A DNA stretch of 64,000 nucleotides from the human T2T-CHM13v2.0 reference genome, Homo sapiens, in NCBI RefSeq assembly GCF_009914755.1, contig NC_060939.1. One strand, given 5' to 3'. Below are positions 1 through 11,941 of this stretch, piece after piece. How positions within the stretch are numbered: position 1 is the stretch's first letter; each line of letters opens with the position of its first letter. Position numbers and translations under genes: made by a program. The notes below the pieces were generated by a model. It made no database searches, was not told the origin of the DNA, and was given only the letters and a program-made list of their open reading frames with translations.

Positions 1-193
1 ATGATGACAAACTGAGGGGGATGGGAGGCCCGGTCCGTTGGGTTACCCCCATCCTGTGTCCCCAAGGGGCTGCCCCTGCCCACCCTGGGAGACATGCCGC
101 ATTTACTGCTGGGTGGGGGAACGCCAGGCCCCTCCCTGCAGGCCCTTCCCTGCAGGCCCTTCCAACGTCATGCGCTTTCAATCTCTTGGCCAG

Positions 194-325
194 AACCCAG
201 ATGAGCTGGACCTGTCCGCGGGAGACATCCTGGAGGTGATCCTGGAAGGGGAGGATGGCTGGTGGACTGTGGAGAGGAACGGGCAGCGTGGCTTCGTCCC
301 TGGTTCCTACCTGGAGAAGCTTTGA
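194..325 (+). CDS. PSTPIP1: PSTPIP1 last coding exon (C-terminal part of the SH3 domain)
   Basis: Acceptor ...tcttggccag at 192-193, then [43 protein letters not shown] (TGA 323-325). SH3 motifs are present and the peptide matches the known PSTPIP1 C-terminus; PSTPIP1 is the known neighbour of TSPAN3. Confidence 0.95.
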   Translation, partial: NPDELDLSAGDILEVILEGEDGWWTVERNGQRGFVPGSYLEKL

Positions 326-457
326 GGAAGGGCCAGGAGCCCCTTCGGACCTGCCCTGCCAGTGGAGCCAGCAGTGCCCCCAGCACTGTCCCCACCTTGC
401 TAGGGCCCAGAACCAAGCGTCCCCCAGCCCCGAGAGGGAGCCTGTCGTCTCCCAGGG

Positions 458-463
458 AATAAA
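458..463 (+). terminator. PSTPIP1: PSTPIP1 poly(A) signal
   Basis: AATAAA about 130 nt after the stop codon, followed by a GT/T-rich downstream element (gttctgttcttggtgtg). Confidence 0.85.
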
Positions 464-1387
464 GGAGTGCGTTCTGTTCTTGGTGTGCTGGGGTCCCGTT
501 CTCTTTTTCTCCTGCTCCAGTGTCCGAGTGCTCAGTTCAGAGGAGGCAAAGGAACAAGGGAAGGAGCCTGGATGTGGAGCTCCCCAACTCAGCCGAGGCT
601 TCAGCTATAGTTGGAGAAGAGGCCTGGCCCCAGTTGCTAGGAGCTCCCAGACTGCCAAGGAGACACATTCACACCTGGACAGAGGACACAGGGGTGCAGG
701 AGGATGTGGCAGGGGCAAGAAGGGGCTCAGCAGGGCTGCAATGGGGAGAGCAGGCTTCTTGGGGGCAGAGGGTTGAGCAGGTCCATGGCTGGGCAGCAGT
801 GGCCAGGCCAGGGCAAGTGCGTGGGCAAAGGTGAGGTTGGGGGTACACCCAGGAATATTCGGAGGACTCAGTTTGGAAACAGGAAGCTGGTGATGGATCT
901 GTTGGAGAGGCCATGGTGGGAGCCCAGGAAGACAGGCTTGTGGCTTGTGGGTGCAAGTGGGGCCTGGGGAAGCCACTGCTGCCCATGACACTCCCCTCAA
1001 CATGGCAACCCCGGCCGAGCAGGGGTCCACAGCCCAGGCACGTTGGCCCCGGGCACAGAGGGAGCTGTTCTTGAAGGCCTTCAGCCCCTTCTCTTTTTAG
1101 TCCCAGGAACATAACTTTCACTGCTGGCCAAGCCCTGCTCCAACCATGATAGGCTTCATCCATGCCAAAGGCATTGGGAGTGGGTGTGGAGGAGAGGGCC
1201 CCTGGCCATTGACCACTCCTCAGTCCTGGGAGTGGCCAAGCCGGCCCACCTCACACCCTCCTGGGATCCCCACCCGGCTTCGGAGCCAGGCAGGCCCAGG
1301 ACTGTAAGGGGCGGGATGGGGGACACAGTGGTCCTCCTCTGCTGGGACCACACTGATGAGCTGCTGCAGGGCACTGCTGTTCCCCAT

Positions 1388-4300
1388 GGGGAGGGGAGAG
1401 AGAGGGAGGGGGAGGGGAGAGGGGAGAGGGGAGAGAGAGGGGAGAGAGACGGAGGAAAAGGGGGAGAGAGAAAGGGAGGGGAGAGAGACGGAGGAAAAGG
1501 GGGGAGAGAGAAAGGGAGGGGAGAGAGACGGAGGAAAAGGGGGAGAGAGAAAGGGAGGGGAGAGAGACGGAGGAAGGGGGAGAGAGAAAGGGAGGGGGGA
1601 GGGGAGAGGGAGGGGGAGGGGAGAGGGAGGGGGGAGGGGAGAGAGGGGGAGGGGGAGGGGAGAGAGGGGGAGGGGGGAGGGGAGAGAGAGAGAGGGAGGG
1701 GGAGGGGGAGAGAGGGAGGGGGGAGGGGAGAGAGACGGAGGGAGGAGGGGAGAGGGGGGGAGGGAGGGGGGAGGGGGAGAGGGAGGAGGGGAGAGGGGGG
1801 GAGGGAGGGGGAGGGGGAGAGGGGGGAGGGGAGAGAGGGAGGGGGGAGGGGAGAGAGACGGAGGGAGGAGGGGAGAGGGGAGGGAGGGGGGAGGGGGGAG
1901 GGGAGAGAGGGAGGGGGAGGGGAGAGAGGAAGGGGGAGGGGAGAGGGAGGGGAGGGGAGAGAGAGGAAGGGGGAGGGGAGAGGGAGGGGAGGGGAGAGGG
2001 AGGGGAGGGGGGGAGGGGAGAGGGAGGGGAGAGGGAGGGGAGAGGGAGGGGGAGGGGAGAGGGAGAGGGAGGGGGGAGGGGAGAGGGGAGAGAGGGAGGG
2101 GGGAGAGAGAGAGGGAGGGGGAGAGAGAGAGGGAGGGGGGAGAGAGAGAGGGAGGGGGGAGAGAGAGAGGGAGGGGGGAGAGAGAGAGGGAGGGGGGAGA
2201 GAGAGAGGGAGGGGGGAGAGAGAGGGAGGGGGGAGAGAGAGAGGGAGGGGGAGAGAGAGAGGGAGGGGGGAGAGAGAGAGGGAGGGGGGAGAGAGAGAGG
2301 GAGGGGGGAGAGAGAGAGGGAGGGGGGAGAGAGAGGGAGGGGGAGAGAGAGGGGGAGGGGGGAGAGAGAGGGGGAGGGGGGAGAGAGAGGGGGAGGGGGG
2401 AGAGAGAGGGGGAGGGGGGAGAGAGAGGGGGAGGGGGGAGAGAGAGAGGGAGGGGGGAGAGAGAGAGGGAGGGGGGAGAGAGAGGGAGGGGGAGAGAGAG
2501 GGGGAGGGGGGAGAGAGAGGGGGAGGGGGGAGAGAGAGGGGGAGGGGGGAGAGAGAGGGGGAGGGGGGAGAGAGGGGGAGGGGGAGAGAGAGGGGGAGGG
2601 GGGGAGAGAGAGGGGGAGGGGGAGGGGGGAGAGAGAGGGGGAGGGGGGAGAGAGAGGGGAGGGGGGAGAGAGAGGGGGAGGGGGGAGAGAGAGGGGGAGG
2701 GGGGAGAGAGAGGGGGAGGGGGGAGAGAGGGGGAGGGGGGAGAGAGGGGAGGGGGGAGAGAGAGGGGGAGGGGGGAGAGAGAGGGGGAGGGGGAGGGGGA
2801 GAGAGAGGGGGAGGGGGGAGAGAGGGGGAGGGGGGAGAGAGAGGGGGAGGGGGGAGAGAGAGGGGGAGGGGGGAGAGAGGGGGGAGGGGGGAGAGAGAGG
2901 GAGGGGGAGAGAGAGAGGGAGGGGGGAGAGAGAGGGAGGGGGAGAGAGAGAGGGAGGGGGAGAGAGGGAGGGGGAGAGAGGGAGGGGGAGAGAGGGAGGG
3001 AGGGGGAGAGAGGGAGGGGGAGAGAGGGAGGGAGGGGGAGAGAGGGAGGGGGAGAGAGGGAGGGAGGGGGAGAGAGGGAGGGGGGAGAGAGAGAGAGGGA
3101 GGGGGGAGAGAGGGAGGGGGGAGAGAGGGAGGGGGAGAGAGAGAGGGAGGGGGAGAGAGGGAGGGGGGAGAGAGAGAGGGAGGGGGAGAGAGAGAGAGGG
3201 AGGGGGGAGAGAGAGAGAGGGAGGGGGGAGAGAGAGGGAGGGGGGGAGAGAGAGAGAGGGAGGGGGGGGAGAGAGAGAGAGGGAGGGGGGGGAGAGAGAG
3301 GAGGGAGGGGGGGAGAGGAGAGAGGGAGAGGGGGGGGGAGAGAGAGAGGGAGAGGGGGGGGAGAGAGAGAGGGAGGGGGGGGAGAGAGAGGGAGAGGGGA
3401 GGGGAGGGGAGAGAGAGGGAGAGGGGGGGAGAGAGAGGGAGAGGGGGGGAGAGAGAGAGGGAGAGGGGGGGGAGAGAGAGAGGGAGAGGGGGGGGAGGAG
3501 AGAGGGAGAGGGGGGAGAGAGAGAGGGAGAGGGGGGAGAGAGAGAGGGGAGGGGGGAGAGAGAGAGGGAGGGGGGAGAGAGGGAGAGGGGGGAGAGAGAG
3601 AGGGAGAGGGGGGAGAGAGAGAGGGAGAGGGGGGAGAGAGAGAGGGGAGGGGGGAGAGAGAGGGGGGGAGAGAGAGAGGGAGAGGGGGGAGAGAGAGAGG
3701 GAGAGGGGGGAGAGAGAGAGGGAGAGGGGGGAGAGAGAGAGGGAGAGGGGGGGGAGAGAGAGAGGGAGAGGGGGGGGAGAGAGAGAGGGAGAGGGGGGAG
3801 AGAGAGAGGGAGAGGGGGGAGAGAGAGAGGGAGAGGGGGGAGAGAGAGAGGGAGGGGGAGAGAGAGGGAGGGGGGAGAGAGAGAGGGAGGGGGGAGAGAG
3901 AGGGAGGGGGGAGAGAGAGGGGAGGGGGGAGAGAGGGGGAGGGGGGGAGAGAGGGGGAGAGAGAGAGGGAGGGGGGAGAGAGGAGGGAGGGGGGAGAGAG
4001 AGGGAGAGGAGGGGAGAGAGGGAGAGAGGGGAGAGAGGGAGAGAGGAGAGGGAGAGAGGGGGGAGAGAGGAGGGAGAGAGGGGAGAGAGGGAGAGAGGAG
4101 GGAGAGAGGGGGGAGAGAGGAGGGAGAGAGGGGGGAGAGGAGGGAGAGAGAGGGAGAGAGGGGGGAGGAGAGAGGGAGGGGGAGGGGAGAGAGAGGGAGG
4201 GGGAGAGAGAGAGGGGAGGGGGGAGAGAGAGAGGGGAGGGGGGAGAGAGAGAGGGAGGGGGGGAGGAGAGAGAGGGAGGGGGGGAGAGAGAGGGAGGGGG

Positions 4301-4932
4301 GAGAGAGAGAGGGAAGGGGGGAGAGAGAGAGGGAGGGGGGAGAGAGAGAGGGAGGGGGGAGAGAGAGAGGGAGGGGGGAGAGAGAGAGGGAGGGGGGAGA
4401 GAGAGGGAGGGGGGAGAGAGAGAGGGAGGGGGGAGAGAGAGAGGGAGGGGGGGAGAGAGAGAGGGAGGGGGGAGAGAGAGAGGGAGGGGGGAGAGAGAGA
4501 GGGAGGGGGGAGAGAGAGAGGGAGGGGGGAGAGAGAGAGGAGGGGGGAGAGAGGAGGGGAGGGGAGGGGGAGAGAGAGAGGGAGGGGGAGAGAGAGAGGG
4601 AGGGGGGAGAGAGAGAGGGAGGGGGGAGAGAGAGAGGGAGGGGGGGAGAGAGAGAGGGAGGGGGGAGAGAGAGAGGGAGGGGGGAGAGAGAGAGGGAGGG
4701 GGGAGAGAGAGAGGGAGGGGGGAGAGAGAGAGGGAGGGGGGAGAGAGAGAGGGAGGGGGGAGAGAGAGAGGGAGGGGGGAGAGAGAGAGGGAGGGGGGAG
4801 AGAGAGAGGGAGGGGGGAGAGAGAGAGGGAGGGGGGAGAGAGAGAGGGAGGGGGGAGGAGAGAGAGAAAGGAGGGAGGGGGAGAGAGAGAGAAAGGAGGG
4901 AGGGGGAGAGAAAGGAGGGAGGGGGAGAGAGA
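1388..4932. repeat. GA-rich polypurine VNTR / low-complexity tandem repeat (~3.55 kb)
   Basis: Only G/A apart from a few C before 1860. Core units ~17-21 bp (e.g. GGGAGGGGGGAGAGAGAGA); a ~39-bp unit occurs about 4 times at 1440-1595. Confidence 0.98.
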
Positions 4933-4975
4933 CAGAATGCCTGCCAGATGGTGGGATAACAAAGATCAGCAAGTA

Positions 4976-5288
<313 letters not shown>

Positions 5289-5699
5289 CTACCCTATAAT
5301 TTCTACATCTGTCTTACTTTCTTCATTGGATAAACTCAGGGGAGCAGGATTTATGTATGACTCAACTTCCCCACAAATAGCAATGCAGCAGCACCATTCA
5401 GTAGATACGAGGTTTCTGCCACGTCACTGTGTTACACCCTCAGGAGACCTCACAGATCTCACAGGCACTGCAATAGAAAGCCACGTGCAACACACAAGTT
5501 ATTTTCAAGAACTGCAAGGATGCACCCAAAAAGCAGGTGCTGTTACACACCAACAACCACCAACTCGGAAATAAGTTAGGAAAACCATTGCATTCACAAT
5601 AGCTACAGACATTAAGCTTCACAGAAAAGTTTCCTAAGTAAACTCTGTTAAGATCCGAAAGAAAAAAACCCAATAACCAATCAAACCGGGCAGAGGACA

Positions 5700-6465
5700 G
5701 AAGCAAAATTCAGAAGATACAAATGGCTGAAACACCTTTAAAAGCATCCTGGCCCTAGCTAACAGTCAAATAAACACATATTTTCATCTCTCAGAATGGA
5801 AGAAAAGATGAAGGCTGATCACACCAAAAGTGTCAACAAGGGTGTAAAGAAATGCACATTTCATTCACTGCTGGTGGGAATAGAAATTGATATAAGCTTT
5901 CTGGAGAGCAACCAGATGTATCCATGAAAATGTTTAAACGTGACTTTTTTTTTTTTTTTTTTTGAGACAGAGTCTTGCTCTGTCACCCAGGCTGGAGTGC
6001 AGTGGCATAATCTCGGCTCACTGCAACCTCTGCCTCCCGGTTCAAGCGATTCTCCTGCCTCAGCCTCCCAAGTAGCTGGGATTACAGGTGCATGCCACCA
6101 GGCCCTGCTAATTTTTTGTATTTTTAATAGAGATGGGTTTCACCATGTTGGCCAGGCTGGTTTTGAACTCCTGATCTCAAGTGACCCACCTGTCTCGACC
6201 TCCCAAAGTGCTATGATTACAGGCATGAGCCACTGCACCCAGCCAAACATGACTTTTCCATCCAGAGTAAATCCAACTAACAAGAATCCACCCTTGGAGT
6301 TCATGTAAAAATACATGACACAGGGTGATGAAAGTGCTTTGAAACTAGATACAGGCAGTGGTTCTATAGCATGGTGAATGTACTCAAGGCAACTTCTTTA
6401 CTTTAAAATCGTTAATTTTATGCCATGTGAATTGCATCTCAATAAAAATTGTTTTCATTTTAAAA
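5700..6465 (+). mobile_element. Old L1 (L1M-type) 3' fragment, interrupted by an Alu
   Basis: Degenerate L1 ORF2-end/3'UTR motifs (cactgctggtgggaatag; atgtgaattgcatctcaataaa). Confidence 0.5.
5945..6244 (-). mobile_element. Alu (AluS)
   Basis: Poly-T then reverse Alu dimer; TSD aaac(g/a)tgactttt. Confidence 0.95.
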
Positions 6466-7969
6466 ATTGTAAATGACTGCAGTGTGTGTATAGAGATGAT
6501 CACTGTGGCGAGTAGTGGAGGCACTGGAGGCAGCCTGCAGGCCTGCCCTTTATACACCTTGGTTAATCATGGTACTAATGTACCCACACAGCTAACACAA
6601 TGGAATGACAAATCCTACAGTTAGACATGGAAGGAGCATCAGACTATGTTGTGAAGACAGAAAGAGGATCTTGTAGGATAAAATTCCTATTAGCAAAAAG
6701 CAAAAACCAAAACCCAATACCAAGTCTGTTTCTGTGTATGTAGTCTGCAAAGACACATGCCATTGCTGAACTGCTGAACTTGCTTCCCTGTGGGTACTTC
6801 TTTACAGATGTCTGTATTGTTCACATTTTTTAAAGCACCAATTACTTTTGTTTAAAAAAATACACTTAAAAAAGGCAGTAAGACAAGCTCTGTCAATCAT
6901 CTATAGGACAAGAAGCAAAGACACCCCAGCTGCAATAAGCACACCTAGTGCCAGGGACCAGGGCTCCTGGGACAAACACTGATCCATGGCTGGTGCCCAG
7001 GGGCCCGGAACATCTTGTTAGATCAGAAATTAGGGGAGTGCTTCCAAAAATGCTGGGATATAGGAGGCACTCGAAGGGGCTCTCGCTGGCCAAGTCGGGA
7101 ACTATCTGAGGAACTCTTCCCCCATCCCCAAAGGTCAATGATGAAGTCGACTTTTGAAAAAATGGGAATCCATAGTGGATATATGAAAATAAATGAAGGA
7201 GAAGGGAGGGATGACTGGCAAATGAGGAAGGAGTGCTGGGCTGCAGAAACGTCGCTTGGCAGTCATCATAAAGATTGAATCAGGCCAGAATCAGCAACAT
7301 TTGCTGAACCTGGTCGGGGAATGGGGAAGAGTCTCATGAGGAACAGGGTATGTACATGGAGACAGTGTGTCTCCAGAGATTTCTTATTAGTTGAAAAGAA
7401 AAAAACAGTAACCATGCTATGGAGAAAGTGGACACACCTCGACTAGGTGTGCCAGGTACTCATTTATTGCCTCTTAACTCCAAATTTCCCTGACCTTGCC
7501 CTTCCTTGTCACACTGAAGAGGGGGCTCTGAAAACTCCTTTACCCTTTGCCAGCCTGACCCACAGTGGGCTCTGAAGGGGCTAACAAGGCTAGAGGAGGA
7601 AGATGGCCTTTTTCTTCTGTCTCCTTTCGTCCTGCACGGGTCCCAGCAGCATTCCCCACCGTGACAGCTCTCTGCTCCTGTGGCTTGGCGGGGGGGCACC
7701 TCCAGTAAGTTGATTCTCCAGCATGGGACAGGCAGCATATCCCAGGCAACCACAGCCACCCCTCGGAGGTCTCTCCACCTTGGGGAACCTCCTCTGAGTT
7801 TCCACGTTCCTTCTCTGTTTTCTCTTCCCTTAGCCCTAGGGGTGATGGCTGTTCTCTGCTAAGCTGCTTTAGAGCTCTTTTTTATCCCTTTTAGTAGTTA
7901 ACTACCTTCTACACAGTTAACAATTACTTATATTAAAACCTTCCTGTTCACATTTCCTCCTCCTTGGAC

Positions 7970-8650
7970 TAGATGATCAAAACGAACATCCCCACTGTGG
8001 GGCAGATGGGCATTGTGTGCCTCGAGATGCGATGCCCTGAGAGGCCGCGTGACGCAGGTAGTGGTTCAGCCACCTGGAATGCAAAACCAAATCTAATCAC
8101 GAGGAAATTGCAGACAAACGCAGATAAGCAGCACCACCTAAAACGAACTGTATCCTTACAAACTGTTCCTATCATCACAGACAAAGCTATGGAAATGATC
8201 CAGATTAAAGAAGACCAAGGAGACATGACAACTCAACTGATTACCTGATCCAGACCAGATCCAGCACCGCAGAGGGAAAGGTGCTATAGAGGACACGATG
8301 CGGCCAATGGGAATATGAGTGGTGAGGTATTCTATCAGTGTTAGATGGACGGAATTTGACAACTGTACTGCAGTCGTCAGAGAGTATCTTCTTCTTGGTA
8401 AGTACCCACTGAGGTATTAGGGGTAAAAGGCCATGACAGGTGTGGAGGCAGCAGGAGGGAGGGAGAGGGAGAGACAGGGGGTTGGCGCAAGGGAGAGAGA
8501 ACGCACACACATTTGAGAACACACATGACAGATAGAATGGGACGAAATGTTAATAGGTGTATCTGGGCAAAGGATATTTGAGCCTCATTTGTACAGTTTT
8601 TATTCTTGCAACTTTTCTGTAGCTTTGAAATCATTTCCAAGTAAAATTAA
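7970..8650 (+). mobile_element. L1MC/L1ME-type 3' end
   Basis: Typical old-L1 3' motifs (cactgaggtattaggggtaaaagg; ttcttgcaacttttctgtag...tttccaa). Confidence 0.5.
8599..8604 (-). terminator. TSPAN3: Candidate distal TSPAN3 poly(A) signal
   Basis: TTTATT on + (AATAAA on -), about 2 kb beyond the proximal signal. Another copy lies at 7463-7468. Confidence 0.4.
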
Positions 8651-8677
8651 CTTTTTTAAAAGAGGCCATACAATATA

Positions 8678-8812
8678 GCAGTGGTCCTCAACCAGGGCTG
8701 TGTCCTGGACACACCCTAGAGCACCTTAGATGCTCTGGGACCCAGGCATCTGTAGTTCTCAAAGTGCCCCGGTGCTTCCAATGTGCAGCCACGGGCAGGA
8801 AACACCAGCCTA
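8678..8812. mobile_element. MER5-like hAT MITE
   Basis: cagtggtcctcaacc...ccaggcatctgtagtt...aatgtgcagcc pattern. Confidence 0.5.
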
Positions 8813-9619
8813 GTGGGTGAGCTCACTCACTAAATTTCAGACATGACGAGCAGTGCTTTTGCTCTCTGAAGAACAAGCACTGGGTAATGCCAACACCTAG
8901 CCTCAGCTACACGGGGGAAGGGCAGAAACAAGATGTTGAATTTGCATGGCCCTGGCCAACACAGACAACATCCCCTTCTAGTGGTTCCCAGGCAAGAGAA
9001 AAAGGCATTTCCAGGACAACTGTGCCAGGAATTAAACACAAGTTAAAACTGGCAGGAGCTGGAATGGTTTCCCAGACCTCAGAGCTACCTCCCCACCTCC
9101 ATCTTTTTGGTCTCACTGGTAATATGGCCAGTCTGGGTCCAGCTGGCAGAGCACACGGGAGGAGGCTGCTCTCTCACCAGGCAAACTGAGGACTGAGTAC
9201 AGGAAGGGTGTGGAGAATTATCCTCTTGGGCAAGTTGAAGAACAAGGCTACTGCTTGGCATATTTCCCAAAGCCATTTCCCACTCTAGAGGCCCTGTTCT
9301 GTCCTGTAGAAAGAGTGGAGAACAACCAACATCACAGTCCAAATATTGCTCACCTCAGGGCCAGCCTGTGACAGGGTACCCACAGGATGGTTCATATTGA
9401 AAACTGGGGGGACCATGCTCGGGGGAGGTGGTGGTAGTGAAAGGTCACAAACATTCTTGCCCACTGTGCAACAGGCAGGGGCAAGAGGTGGGATGGGTCA
9501 GTAGTCACATGATAAATCCCCCGGGGCCTCTGAAATCACATTCTGGTAACTTCCACTTTGTGAAAAGGAGTTAGTTTTTACTCCTCTCCTTTCCCGTGTC
9601 TTCTCCATTTTCAGGTGGG

Positions 9620-10410
9620 ACAGATCTGCATGATATTTGGGCATCTCAAAACTGACGAGCCCAAAACTGACCATGAGTCACACCCCCAGATGTGTTCTCT
9701 AACTACTCCCTAGCTCTGTGACTTTGTTTCCCCAGTTGACTGAGCCAGAAACCTGGGACTCATCCTAGATGAGTCTTCTCTTCTCCCTTCTCTGTCCCAC
9801 GTCCAATCAATGATCGAATTCCACCACTGTCCTGCCTCCAAACAGCCAGAATCCACCGCTCACCACCGCCCCCAACAGTGCCCTGCTGCCCACTGCTAAG
9901 CTCTCTCAACTGCTATGCCAGCCTAACTGAAGCCCAGTCACACCAATTCATCCTGGCTTCAGCACGGCCGGCTTGCATCACCACCTTCTTCTCAGTTCAC
10001 CTTCCAAATCAAACCTCCAAAGAGCTGCTTCCACCTACAAGTCAGCTCTCACCTCCACAGGATGTTCCGTAAGACACTAGAGGGCCTGGGCTTTCCTGCT
10101 TCTCCAACTTCTTTCCCCAGCCTTGTATTTTAAGCTCCCTGCACACACAATTTTGTTTCACACTCTTGTGTACCATCTTTCAACAAAGCCTATCCAGCCT
10201 CCAAGCTTGGGCATCTCCTCCAGGAAGTCACCCCTGACCTCTCCGGAACTCCCCTTTGGACTCCCATTCTATTACTACAACCACTGCAGTGTGAAAATTA
10301 TCTTCTCCTATGTATGTCTCCTATACTAGGACTCCGAACTCCTTGAAGACAAGGACAGTATCGCCACTGTATCCCCAGTGCATTGCACAAAGTAGAGCTC
10401 TATATTTCTA
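9620..10410 (+). mobile_element. L2 LINE fragment
   Basis: L2 motifs (agccagaaacctgggactcatcctaga; ctccttgaagacaaggac...gtatccccagtgc). Confidence 0.6.
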
Positions 10411-10605
10411 GGATATACTGGACTGAAAGCATCTGTGGTTTTTTGAATATCAAGCCCTTTAGAATCTGGCAACAGCTATAACGAAAACACACGTAAACCA
10501 TGATGAACTATAGACAGCACCAACAAAGAAAACATGATACTGCTGCTCTGGAACTGAAATATCCCCCAAATAATGAAAAATAATATGTTGGGGGCTGATA
10601 CAGAG

Positions 10606-10611
10606 TTTATT
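10606..10611 (-). terminator. TSPAN3: TSPAN3 proximal poly(A) signal
   Basis: AATAAA on - about 785 nt after the stop, with four upstream UGUA elements and a U-rich downstream region. Confidence 0.85.
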
Positions 10612-11394
10612 GAATTAGATTTTTCTATTTACAACTGAGATCACATCTACATACTATTTTGCTAGTCTACATGGGTACATTATTTCCAACAAGCTTAAGA
10701 CTTACCATGAATGGGCTCATTCATACAAAAACACACTCACACTAATTCTTTTAAAACAGTAGTGCATACATTATACTCCTCCTATAAAGCCAACTTTGAT
10801 TAAAAACCACTAGTTTCAAAGCTCAGTCTCTGATTTTGAAGATGAACCAAGATATACGCCATATGATCCTACAATCTATTTTAGTCATTTTGTACAGCTG
10901 CTATCTTATTGGACTACAGTAAATATTTTTTAAAAGGACACCAATGAGGGGCACCATCTGGTGTTAACCTTAACCAGAAAGCTGGTTTCCTCCTCCTCCC
11001 CCCAAAAACCTTTGGCCAAGAGTTCTCCACTGTGAAGACTGAAAGGACCTGGTGACATTTCGGCATCAGTCCTGTTACCACTTGGAGGTAACAGAAGCAG
11101 GCTCGTGTCCTCCTTTAATTCTACCACACTACATGACTCGCAATTGGTTCTGAAATTAGAACGTTCACCATCGTACTTAAAATCTTAGGGGCATGAAGAG
11201 TCAGCTAGAACAAGGAAAAAGAAAGTCGCAGGTAGTAGGTAAGTAGGTGGGCACATGAAAAGCCAAGCTGCTCTGTCCAACACCAGTGTACATGTGCTTT
11301 AACTAAATGAACTCCAGAGGCCAACAGCAGCAGACCTGCTCAATTCACCTTCCAAATCAGAACAAGACCAAAAAGCTCAGGCTTGAGTTGTCAA

Positions 11395-11532
<138 letters not shown>

Positions 11533-11756
11533 TCATGGCAGGTGTGTATTTCTTTGTTGGTAAAAGAGCTGTTTCAAAGTTCAATGACTTCAAATCATCA
11601 AAAAGGCAGTAACAACAGTGATAGAAGGAATTTCTTATGAGTACATTATTTTTTAAGGAACTAAGTCCTAAGCTTCAGCTTCCCTCCCAGGAACTCTTCG
11701 TAAAGCCAGCAGGGAATCAAGTCTCTCTTATTTGGCATCCCCACTACTAGTCTAGC

Positions 11757-11941
11757 GAGTGCTGTCCGAAAGAACTTTCTGCAGCGATGGAGACATACCA
11801 CATATGCACTGTCATGTGGCCTCATGTGACTACTGAGCACCTGAAATATAGTTACTGCAACTGAGTTGCACTTTTAATTTTATTTAAATTAATTTAAATG
11901 TAGACACATGTGGCTAGTGGCTACCATTCTGGACAGCAAAG
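11757..11941 (+). mobile_element. MER3 (hAT-Charlie)
   Basis: gctgtccgaaagaactttctgc...atgtggctagtggctacc...ggacagc. Confidence 0.7.

Noticed and set aside
38-193. N-terminal part of the 38..325 ORF
   Set aside because: Intronic; the SH3 match begins at the 194 acceptor.
5945-5963. Apparent transcript 3' end for a very long TSPAN3 UTR
   Set aside because: This is a genomic A-run (Alu tail on the minus strand) with no AATAAA upstream, so any cDNA end here would likely be internal priming.
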